Shown in pieces: positions 26,899-36,200 of a stretch of 45,097 nucleotides of DNA (the first letter of the stretch is position 1; each line of letters opens with the position of its first letter). Source of the stretch: an uncultured Eubacteriales bacterium (lineage in GTDB: Bacteria > Bacillota > Clostridia > Oscillospirales > Oscillospiraceae); assembly GCA_900553545.1 (NCBI GenBank), contig USDP01000001.1:1-45097 (forward strand), given 5' to 3'. The position numbers and the translations under genes were made by a program. The notes below the pieces were generated by a model that was not told the origin of the DNA, did not search any database, and saw only the letters and a list, made by a program, of their open reading frames with translations.

Positions 26899-27768
26899 AT
26901 GAAACGAGGAAAACATATTGTTGAGACCGTCGTCCATGCGCTGTTTTTACTGTTTGGTCTGGTCGCGGTCGGCTGCGTGCTGATCATCACGGTCTATCTG
27001 GTGATCTCGGGCATTCCGGCCATCCGGAAGATCGGCCTTGTGCCCTTCCTGTTCGGGCAGACGTGGGCGTCCACAGCGGCGGAGCCGCAGTACGGCATCC
27101 TGCCGTTCATCCTGACGAGCGTCTACGGCACGGCGGGGGCCATCGTGCTCGGCGTGCCGGTCGGCTTTCTGACGGCGGTGTATCTGGCAAAACTCGCGCC
27201 GAAGCGCGTGAAGGGCGTGATGCAGACGGCGGTGAGCCTGCTCGCGGGCATCCCGTCGGTTGTGTACGGCCTCGTCGGGATGCTGGTGCTCGTGCCCGGT
27301 ATCCGCAAGGCGTTCCACCTGCCGGACGGCGCAAGCCTGCTGGCCGCGATCATTGTACTCGCGGTCATGATCCTGCCGTCCATCATCAAAGTCTCGGTCA
27401 CGGCGCTCGAGGCCGTGCCGCGCGAATACGAGGATGCGTCGCTGGCCCTCGGGGCCACGCCCATCGAGACGTATTTCAAGGTGTCCGTCCCGGCGGCGAA
27501 GAGCGGCATTGCCGCGGCGGTCGTGCTCGGTGTGGGCCGCGCGATCGGCGAGGCCATGGCCGTCATGATGGTCTCGGGCAACGCGGCCAATATGCCGTCT
27601 CTGTTCCAAAGCGTCCGCTTCCTCACCACGGCGGTCGCCAGCGAAATGTCCTATTCCAGCGGTTTGCAGCGGCAGGCGCTGTTCTCCATTGCGCTGGTGC
27701 TGTTCCTGTTCATCATGCTCATCAATGCGGCGCTGAACTTTTTCTTGAAGCGCGGAAAGGAGCGATAA
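26899..27768 (+). CDS. pstC: Phosphate ABC permease PstC
   Basis: LLAGIPSVVYG, GRAIGEAMAV. Confidence 0.95.
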   Translation: MKRGKHIVETVVHALFLLFGLVAVGCVLIITVYLVISGIPAIRKIGLVPFLFGQTWASTAAEPQYGILPFILTSVYGTAGAIVLGVPVGFLTAVYLAKLAPKRVKGVMQTAVSLLAGIPSVVYGLVGMLVLVPGIRKAFHLPDGASLLAAIIVLAVMILPSIIKVSVTALEAVPREYEDASLALGATPIETYFKVSVPAAKSGIAAAVVLGVGRAIGEAMAVMMVSGNAANMPSLFQSVRFLTTAVASEMSYSSGLQRQALFSIALVLFLFIMLINAALNFFLKRGKER

Positions 27769-27769
27769 C

Positions 27770-28621
27770 ATGCAGAAGAAATTACCGCTCCGGCGGCGGG
27801 GCTATATCGGCACGATGCGGGCCCTGATGTACCTTTCCGCCGGCCTTACGGCGGCGCTCGTGCTGTTTCTGATCGGCTACGTGCTGCTGAAGGGCGTGCC
27901 GAACATCAGCTGGGAGCTGCTGTCCACTGCGCCGAGCTATCTGGAGGAGCGCATCGGCATCCTGCCGGACATTCTGAACACGCTTTATCTTGTGATGGCG
28001 ACGATCCTCTTCGTCCTGCCGCTCGGCGTGTGCGCGGCCATCTACTTAAACGAATATGCGTCGAATAAAAAGCTCGTCGCGGCCATCGAATACGCGGCGG
28101 AGACGCTCTCCGGCATCCCGTCCATCATTTACGGCCTCGTCGGCATGCTGATCTTCTGCAAGAACGGGACGTCGCTGATCGCGGGCGCATGGACGCTGAC
28201 GATCATGAACCTGCCGACCGTCATGCGTACCACGCAGGAGAGCCTCAAGACCGTCCCGCAGAGCTACCGCGAGGGCGCGTTTGGACTCGGCGCGGGCAAA
28301 TGGCGCGTCATCCGCACGGTCGTCATGCCCGGCTGCGTCGACGGCGTGGTCACGGGCTGTATCCTCTCCATCGGCCGCATCCTCGGCGAGTCGGCGGCGC
28401 TGCTGTTCACGGCGGGCTTTGCCCACGCGCTGAACGGCATCTGGCGTGGCCTGCACAGCGCGGGCGCGACGTTAACGGTCGCCCTCTACGTCTACGCGAA
28501 GGAGCAGGGCGAGTTCGGCGTGGCCTTTGCCATCGCGGCCATCCTGATGGTGCTCGCGCTGCTCATCAATCTGGCGGCAAGCCTCGTATCCCGCTATTTC
28601 AGGAGGAAGAATGCACTATGA
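27770..28621 (+). CDS. pstA: Phosphate ABC permease PstA
   Basis: [20 protein letters not shown]. Confidence 0.95.
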   Translation: MQKKLPLRRRGYIGTMRALMYLSAGLTAALVLFLIGYVLLKGVPNISWELLSTAPSYLEERIGILPDILNTLYLVMATILFVLPLGVCAAIYLNEYASNKKLVAAIEYAAETLSGIPSIIYGLVGMLIFCKNGTSLIAGAWTLTIMNLPTVMRTTQESLKTVPQSYREGAFGLGAGKWRVIRTVVMPGCVDGVVTGCILSIGRILGESAALLFTAGFAHALNGIWRGLHSAGATLTVALYVYAKEQGEFGVAFAIAAILMVLALLINLAASLVSRYFRRKNAL

Positions 28622-29373
28622 ACAGCATCATTTCTGTCAATGATTTGAATCTCTGGTACGGCAGCCATCAGGCGCTGACCAATATCTGCATGGACATCCC
28701 CGAAAAGAGCATCACGGCCCTCATCGGCCCGTCCGGCTGCGGCAAGTCGACGTTCCTCAAAACGCTCGACCGTATGAACGACCTCGTCCCCGGTGTGAAG
28801 ATCGAGGGGAGTGTCTCGTTCCACGGGCAGGACATCTACGCGCCCGGCACGGACGTCAACGACCTCCGCCGCCAGATCGGCATGGTATTCCAGAAGCCGA
28901 ATCCCTTCCCCATGAGCATCTACGACAACATCGCCTACGGCCCGCGGACGCATGGCGTCCGCAACCGCGCAAAGCTCGACGAGATCGTCGAACGTTCGCT
29001 GCGCGGCGCGGCCATCTGGGACGAGGTCAAGGATCGCCTGAAAAAGAACGCCCTCGGCCTCTCCGGAGGGCAGCAGCAGCGCCTCTGCATCGCGCGGGCA
29101 CTGGCCGTCGAGCCGGAGGTGCTGCTCATGGACGAGCCGACGAGCGCGCTCGACCCCATCTCCACCTCGAAGATCGAGGAACTGGCCATGGAGCTCAAAG
29201 AGCACTATACCATCGTCATCGTCACGCACAACATGCAGCAGGCCGTCCGCATCTCGGACAATACCGCCTTCTTCCTGCTCGGTGAGCTGGTGGAATACGG
29301 CGAAACGGAGCAAATGTTCTCGCAGCCGCGCGAGAAGAAGACCGAGGACTATATCACGGGGAGGTTTGGATGA
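28618..29373 (+). CDS. pstB: Phosphate ABC ATPase PstB
   Basis: [41 protein letters not shown] overlap with pstA. Confidence 0.96.
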   Translation: MNSIISVNDLNLWYGSHQALTNICMDIPEKSITALIGPSGCGKSTFLKTLDRMNDLVPGVKIEGSVSFHGQDIYAPGTDVNDLRRQIGMVFQKPNPFPMSIYDNIAYGPRTHGVRNRAKLDEIVERSLRGAAIWDEVKDRLKKNALGLSGGQQQRLCIARALAVEPEVLLMDEPTSALDPISTSKIEELAMELKEHYTIVIVTHNMQQAVRISDNTAFFLLGELVEYGETEQMFSQPREKKTEDYITGRFG

Positions 29374-30023
29374 TGAGAAGCCGGTTTGACGAGCAGCTTG
29401 CGCTGCTGAACAGAGAGCTGATCGAAATGGGTGCGCGCTGTGAAGAGGTCATCGCACTGGCCGCCAAGTCGATGGCGGACGGAGACGTGAGCCTCGCGAA
29501 GCAGGTCGCGCCGCTGGACGCGGAGATCGACCAGAAGGAGCGGGATATCGAATCCCTCTGCCTCAAGCTGCTGCTCCAGCAGCAGCCGGTCGCGCGCGAC
29601 CTGCGGCAGATCTCCGCAGCCCTGAAAATGATCACGGATATGGAGCGCATCGGCGATCAGGCCGAAGATATCGCCGAGATCGTCACGTTCCTGGCCGGCC
29701 GCGGCCCGGAGGACAGCGAACTCATGCGCGAAATGGCCCGCGCCACGATAAAAATGGTCACAGATAGTGTTGATGCTTTCGTAAAACGTGATATACTGTT
29801 GGCAGAGCAGGTCGTCCGCGACGACGATACCGTCGATGCCTACTTCGATCAGGTCAAGCATAAGCTGATCGAAAAGATCGCGGCGGAGCCGTCCGACGGC
29901 GAATACGCGCTCGACCTGCTGATGATCGCCAAATATTTTGAACGCATCGGGGATCACGCGACGAACATCGCCGAATGGGTGATCTTTTCCGTGACCGGTG
30001 TACACAAGGAGGGGGACGCATGA
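29370..30023 (+). CDS. phoU: Phosphate signalling protein PhoU
   Basis: [29 protein letters not shown]. Confidence 0.96.
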   Translation: MMRSRFDEQLALLNRELIEMGARCEEVIALAAKSMADGDVSLAKQVAPLDAEIDQKERDIESLCLKLLLQQQPVARDLRQISAALKMITDMERIGDQAEDIAEIVTFLAGRGPEDSELMREMARATIKMVTDSVDAFVKRDILLAEQVVRDDDTVDAYFDQVKHKLIEKIAAEPSDGEYALDLLMIAKYFERIGDHATNIAEWVIFSVTGVHKEGDA

Positions 30024-30697
30024 TCTGGTGTGTGGAGGATGACGCCAGCATCCGCGACATCGAGGTATACGCCTTACAGTCCACGGGCTTTGAAGCGCGC
30101 GGCTTCGAGGATGGCACGTCCTTCTGGGATGCCTTGCAGGGTGCGGCGCTGCCGGAGCTGGTGGTGCTGGACGTGATGCTGCCGGGGATCGACGGCATCG
30201 AGCTGCTGCGCCGCATCCGCGCAGACGCGCGCATGGCCGCGATCCCCGTCGTCATGGCGACGGCCCGCGGCGCGGAGTATGATAAAATTCAGGGCCTCGA
30301 CCTCGGCGCGGACTATTACCTGACGAAGCCGTTCGGCGTCATGGAGCTGGTCTCCTGCGTCAAGGCCGTGCTCCGCCGCGTCCAGCCGAAGGCCGTCGAA
30401 CACCTGCTGAAAACGGGCGGCCTGTTTGTCAATCTGGACGAGCATACCGTCTCGGCAGACGGTGCGCGCGTGGAGCTTACATATAAGGAATTCGAGATGC
30501 TGAAGCTCTTTTTGTCGCATCCCGGCGTCGCCTGGACGCGCGAGAAGCTGATGGAGCAGGTCTGGGGCACGGATTACTGCGGCGAGACGCGCACCGTCGA
30601 CATGCACATCCGGACGCTCCGGCAGAAGCTCGGCTCCTATGGCGACCGCATCGAGACCGTCCGCGGCGTCGGCTACCGATGGGAGGCGCAGACATGA
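30020..30697 (+). CDS. phoP: OmpR/PhoB-family response regulator (PhoP)
   Basis: VEDD, LDVMLP, KPF, TRTVDMHI, TVRGVGY; located in the pst operon. Confidence 0.88.
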   Translation: MIWCVEDDASIRDIEVYALQSTGFEARGFEDGTSFWDALQGAALPELVVLDVMLPGIDGIELLRRIRADARMAAIPVVMATARGAEYDKIQGLDLGADYYLTKPFGVMELVSCVKAVLRRVQPKAVEHLLKTGGLFVNLDEHTVSADGARVELTYKEFEMLKLFLSHPGVAWTREKLMEQVWGTDYCGETRTVDMHIRTLRQKLGSYGDRIETVRGVGYRWEAQT

Positions 30698-32346
30698 CCA
30701 AAAAGATCTTCCGTTCCATCCTGCTCGTCGCGGGGACGGTTCTCCTCGCCAGCCTGATCATCATTTGGGGCTGTCTCTATGGATATTTTGCCGGCGTGCA
30801 GGAGACGCAGCTGCAAGACGAGCTGGGCCTTGCAGCCGTCCTGACCGAGACCGACGGCGAAGCGGGGCTTCGCCAGGTCGACGCCAGCCGCTTCCGCCTC
30901 ACCTGGATCGCCGCCGACGGCACGGTTCTTTACGACACGGATACGGATGCTGCGCAGTTGGAAAACCACGCCGAACGTACCGAGGTGCAGCAGGCGCTGG
31001 AAGCCGGCACGGGCGAGAGCGTCCGCTATTCCACCACCTTCCTGGAAAAAACCATGTACCGCGCAACGCGCCTCTCCGACGGGACGGTGCTCCGCATCTC
31101 GCGCAGCCGCGCGACGGTCGGCGTCCTTCTGCTCGGCATGCTCCAGCCGATCCTCGCCGTGTTGATCGCGGCGCTCGTGCTCTCGGCCATCTTTGCCCGC
31201 CGCCTCTCACGCCGCATCGTCGAGCCTCTCAATAACCTCGACCTCGATCATCCGCTCGATAACGATGCCTATGAGGAGCTTTCCCCCCTCCTTGGCCGCA
31301 TCAGCCGCCAGCATAAGCAGATCACCACACAGCTGCGCGAGCTGAAGCGCAGAACCGACGAATTCACCCAGATCACCGGCAGCCTCCGCGAGGGGCTTGT
31401 CCTGCTGGACGACCGCGGCTATGTCCTCAGCATCAACCCGGCCGCGCAGCGCCTGTTCGGTGCAAATGCAAGCTGCGTGGGGCAGGATTTCCTCGTCGTC
31501 GACCGCAGCCGCGAACTGGATGCCGCCATCGCGCAGGCCATGGCCGACGGCCACAGCGAGCTGCGCAGCGAACGCGGCGGCCGCCTCTGGCAGTTTGACG
31601 TCAGCCGCATCGACACGGCGGGCGAAAAGGGCGGCGCGGCCCTTCTGGCCTTCGATATCACCGATCGCGAGCTGGCCGAGCAGAGCCGCCGCGAGTTTAC
31701 CGCCAATGTCTCGCACGAGCTGAAAACGCCGCTTCAGGGCATCATCGGCAGCGCCGAGCTGCTCGAGAGCGGCATGGTCAAGGAAGAGGACGTCCCGCGC
31801 TTCGTCGGCCACATCCGTGACGAGGCGCAGCGCCTCGTCACGCTCATCGGCGACATCATCCGCCTCAGCCAGCTCGACGAGGGCGTCGACGTCCCGCGCG
31901 AACCGGTCGACCTTCTCGCTGTCGCAAACGAGGCCGCGCACGACCTTCAGGGCGCGGCGGAGGCGCGCAAGGTTACCCTCGCCGTCGACGGCGAGCGCGC
32001 GCAGATCGTCGGTGCGCGCCGCCTCCTTTATGAGATCGTCTATAACCTCTGCGAAAACGCCGTCAAATATAACCGTGAGGGCGGCAGCGTCAGCGTCCAC
32101 GTCGCGCAGTCGGACAGCTGGGTCAGCGTCCGCGTCGCGGACACCGGCATCGGCATCGCGCCGGAGCACCAGAGCCGCATCTTCGAGCGGTTCTACCGCG
32201 TGGATAAGAGCCATTCCAAGGCGTCCGGCGGCACGGGACTCGGCCTTTCCATCGTGAAGCATGCCGTCGCCTATCACCACGGCATGATTGATCTCCAGAG
32301 CGAACCCGGCAAGGGTACCATCATCACCGTCACTTTCCCCAAATAA
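30694..32346 (+). CDS. phoR: Sensor histidine kinase PhoR
   Basis: ENHAERTEV, PAS, ANVSHELKTPL, ENAVKYN, GGTGLGL. Confidence 0.9.
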   Translation: MTKKIFRSILLVAGTVLLASLIIIWGCLYGYFAGVQETQLQDELGLAAVLTETDGEAGLRQVDASRFRLTWIAADGTVLYDTDTDAAQLENHAERTEVQQALEAGTGESVRYSTTFLEKTMYRATRLSDGTVLRISRSRATVGVLLLGMLQPILAVLIAALVLSAIFARRLSRRIVEPLNNLDLDHPLDNDAYEELSPLLGRISRQHKQITTQLRELKRRTDEFTQITGSLREGLVLLDDRGYVLSINPAAQRLFGANASCVGQDFLVVDRSRELDAAIAQAMADGHSELRSERGGRLWQFDVSRIDTAGEKGGAALLAFDITDRELAEQSRREFTANVSHELKTPLQGIIGSAELLESGMVKEEDVPRFVGHIRDEAQRLVTLIGDIIRLSQLDEGVDVPREPVDLLAVANEAAHDLQGAAEARKVTLAVDGERAQIVGARRLLYEIVYNLCENAVKYNREGGSVSVHVAQSDSWVSVRVADTGIGIAPEHQSRIFERFYRVDKSHSKASGGTGLGLSIVKHAVAYHHGMIDLQSEPGKGTIITVTFPK

Positions 32347-32384
32347 GGAAACAGAAGCAGCCCTCTCCATCCGGAGGGGGCTGT

Positions 32385-32548
32385 CAGCGTGTCGAAAAAG
32401 TCTTTTCGCCCCGCTGACCGTCCAGTTTTCTGAACTTAAAAAGTTCAGAAAACTGCTTGATTGAACGAGAAAGGGGCTTTTTGCCCCTTTCACTCTTTCC
32501 CCGCTGCTCTATTGCAGGACTGCGTTTTATAGTTTTTTTGACAGTCTC
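32385..32548. mobile_element. 164-bp MITE (longer copy of 12184-12256) inserted at the phoR terminator
   Basis: Same ends; internal palindrome CAGTTTTCTGAACTT-AAA-AAGTTCAGAAAACTG; flanked by diverged hairpin copies CAGCCC..GAGGGGGCTGT. Confidence 0.8.
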
Positions 32549-32595
32549 ACAGCCCACTCCCCGAGGGGGCTGTTTCTATGTGTCTCCAATGTAGC

Positions 32596-32629
32596 CCAAA
32601 GGCCCCCTCTACTAAGAGGGGGCCTTTGG
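32596..32629. terminator. Hairpin terminator between convergent operons
   Basis: CCAAAGGCCCCCTCT / AGAGGGGGCCTTTGG. Confidence 0.65.
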
Positions 32630-32648
32630 ATAACGATGATTTGTCTGC

Positions 32649-33251
32649 TCACAGCGTCAAAAACTTCGTCACGATCAGCTCTACACACTCCGGAATGGAA
32701 AACCGGCTCGTGTCAAGACAGAGGTCGTGGAACTGCGGCGCGCCCCAGACCTGTCCGGTGTACGATTCATAGTATTTCTTCCGCTGCTTATCCATCTTCC
32801 GCACGAGCTGCACCGCCTGATTGTGCGACAGCCGCTCCTGCTCCATCTTCCGCGCCACGCGGTGCTCCTCCGGCGCGGAGATGAACACACGCAGCAGCCG
32901 CACGTCCTGCTCCCGCAGGACAAAGTCGGCGCAGCGCCCCACAAAGACACATTCCTCGCGCTTCGCCAGCCGGCGGATCTCGTGGCTTTGCAGCGCAAAC
33001 AGCACCTCAGACGTCGGCCGTCCGCGCAGCACGTGATAGTTCCCCTCGTGGACGGTCTGGAACAGGTAGGGGTTCGTCGCCTTCTCGTCCGCTGCGCTCA
33101 TTGCCTTCTCCGACAGCTCGCCGTATTCGCACGCGAGGCGGATCAGCTCGCGCTCATACACCTTGATCCCAAGCTGATTGGCGGTCTTGACGGCGATCTC
33201 GTGCCCGCCGCTGCCGAACTGCCGCCCAATGCAGATGATCCGGTTTGCCAT
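32649..33251 (-). CDS. Cytidylate kinase-like family protein
   Basis: IGRQFGSGG, VFVGRCADFVLR, D..R..YY..YT...WG. Confidence 0.9.
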   Translation of the reverse strand: MANRIICIGRQFGSGGHEIAVKTANQLGIKVYERELIRLACEYGELSEKAMSAADEKATNPYLFQTVHEGNYHVLRGRPTSEVLFALQSHEIRRLAKREECVFVGRCADFVLREQDVRLLRVFISAPEEHRVARKMEQERLSHNQAVQLVRKMDKQRKKYYESYTGQVWGAPQFHDLCLDTSRFSIPECVELIVTKFLTL

Positions 33252-33286
33252 GATGATATTCCTTCTCTCTTTCTGATTCTGATTGA

Positions 33287-36200
33287 TTACTGCAATGCGC
33301 TGAGGACTTGCTGCGTGACTGCGAATTCGCGTCCCGCCGGGGTAATGACGGCGCGGAATGAAACGTCCGTGTCCGTCAGCAGGAGGCGGAGCGTCCCGCC
33401 GCACGAGATCGTGATGCTGGACAAATCGTTCCCGTTCAGCACGATCTCAAGGTTTCCTTCGGTGAAATCAATGTCCAGAGATTCGATGTCCGGCGCGATC
33501 GCGTTCGCAGCGGCGGCCATGCCGTCCGCGTCCAGCGCGATGGTGTAGACCTCCTGCCCGCCGGGCTTTTCGGTGTGGCTGGCCGTGGCCGAAAAGAGGA
33601 GCTGCGCCGCTGCGTCGAGCAGATTCGCGGACTTTGCCCACGAATTTGTCCCGAGATCGACCGCGTTTCCAGAGGAATCAAGAATCTTTCCATCTGAAAC
33701 ATACAGTGTGACCGGACCCTTCTGGATGCCAGTGACGGTCATGCCGTCAATGCGCTGCCGCCCCAGGCCCAGCGTGGTGTCGAGGACGACGGGGCCACAG
33801 TCCGCCTTGAGGCGGAGATCTGCCGAGACGGCGTCCCCGCCAAATGTGGCCTGCCAGGCGCGGAGCAGCCGGAAAACGTCGTCAGTCAGGGTGATGTTTG
33901 CGGTGTTTTCCCCGGATTGCATGGCGGACAGTACCGCCTCCGGGATCTCTGCGTCCTCCGCCGCGCCGTGCCGGGGCGTGAGCGTCAGACTGAGGGCAGT
34001 GTTTGCCTCGTCGGAGAGCACGATCTCAAAGACGAGATTTTCCAGCGTCCTGTCCTGCTCGGCCAGCGACATGGAGACTTCCCGCAACGCGCCCGCTTCG
34101 TCCGCCATGGACGGAAGTAAAATTGCCGCGAGCTTCTGCGCATCTTCGCCGGAAATTGCGGCGGAATAGACGGTTTCGTCCCCGTTCTTTGACGTTTCCA
34201 GTTCAGCCGATCCGTACAGGGAAACGGACGCATCGAGCAGTGCCCCATAGTCGATCAGCCCGTTCGCGCCAAGAGCGCAGGCGCTGCCGTCCGCGAGATA
34301 GAGCGTGTCGTTCGCCAGATACAGCGACAGGCCGTCGCGCGTGAGGCGTGTGATGGACTGGCCGTCCGCGCTGGTGCGCAGAATGTCGACGCTCGTCTCC
34401 GAGGTGTCGCCGTTCGTGGTCAGCGCGGCGTCCGCCTGCATCACGAGTACATCCTGATTCGCGTAGTTTTTCAGCAGTTCATAGGCGTTCAGCCCGGTTT
34501 TGAGCTTCGAAGATCCGAAGAACGAGACCGCGGCCAGGATTGCCGCAATGACGATCACGGCGATGGGGATGATCCACCAGCGGAAGCGACGGTTCGGCTT
34601 GGCCGCCGTTCCGGCGGCCTCAGCTTTTGGGTGGGCGTCCTCTGCGGGTTCGGCGGGATCGTTCGGAGTTTCTGCGGTTTTTTGAGGCTCCTGCGGGATC
34701 TGCTGCGCCTTCAGTGCGGCAAGCTCGGCCTCCAGCTCGGCCAGCTTTTCCTCCGCCGATTTGGCGCGAGCCAGCAGCTCCGCGTTTTGGTCAGCGGGTA
34801 CGACAGCGGGCGGCTGCGGGTCGCTGCCGGCAGCGACAGCGGATACGCCAGCGGGGACGAGCGGGGCGTTCTGCGGCGCGCTGAGCGCCGCACGTTTCTG
34901 CTTCGATTTGCGCACGGCCTTCCGAATGAAGTGGATCATCAGGAAAATAATCAGCGCAAGCAGCAGCGGAATCGCCGCCCAAATCCACCAGACCGGCATG
35001 GTCGACACGGCGGCGATGCGTGCGCTGGCAGCCGGGATGGAGAAGACGGCATAGCTGCCGACGGTTTCAAACGGAACGGACTGCCAGACGCCGCCCTGCT
35101 CCACATAGATGCGCAGACGGCTCGTCTTGCCCTCAGGGGCGAGATAGCGGATGCGGTGCGGCGCGGGCGTCTCGCTCGAGACGCTGATGCTCCACTGCTC
35201 GATGAGATCCCAGTTGGCGGTCATCGGCGGGAGCTTCCCGGCCTCAACGCTCTCGAAATACGCCTGGATGCGGTTGGCTGCGTTCCCGGTGCGGACATGG
35301 AAAACCGACGGGGTGAGCGCCTCGGAAGACGCGCTGATGGAATCGCCCTCGCGATAGCTGCCCTCCGCAAGGAGCACCGCGCGGCCATCCTCGCGCACGG
35401 CGTCGGAAGCGAGTCCTGGGACGTAGGACGTGTAGACAGCGGTGACGGTGGTGTCGAAGCAAAGGTCGTTCAGCTCTGTGCGGTCCCACGCGGCGTAGGA
35501 GCCGTCCTGCTCCGGAATGGCGGGGAAGACGGACTCGTCAAACGAATCGCCATACGAGAAGCGGAGCTGCTTGAGCGTCTTGCCGCTTGCTACGAATTTC
35601 AGCGTGAACGTGCGCATGTCCTCTGGAAGAATGTCTTCTTCCAGAAGCGTTTGGAAATCGACTGGTTCGGCGCTGCTCGCAATGCTCTGATGATCCAGAC
35701 CTGCGAGCGCGGCGGAGACGAAGCGGTTGCCGGTGAACGTGCCGTCCGGCGCGCCGGAGATGGCGCCGGAATACTGCCCGCAGCCGGTGATATCCACAAG
35801 GCTGACGCAGGCGGCCACGGTGCTGCCCGAACCGTCGAGCGCTTCGGCCACGCCGGAGCCGGTGATGCCGCCGACATGGCTCTTGCCGGAGAGCGTACAC
35901 TTGGCATAGCTTTCGCGGACGCTTGCGCCGGTCAGGCCGGTCACGCCGCCGACGTAGGAGCCGGACGTGCTCTCCACGGGGCCGTAGTTTTCACAGGCTG
36001 TGATGAGGCCAAGATCCATCCGGCCGCAGATGCCGCCCACGTAAGACCGCTTGCCGGTGATCGCGCCGGTGTTGACGCAGTGCTGGAGCACCGCACGGTA
36101 GGTGTACTGGCGCTTATAGCTGCCGTCGAGATCGGACGAGACGTCGTCCTCGGGGTCGAGCGCGTACTCGAGCGCCATCGAACCGGCCACGCCGCCGGTG

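Noticed and set aside
25916..32346. pst-pho operon as a novel system
   Set aside because: Canonical pstSCAB-phoU-phoPR arrangement
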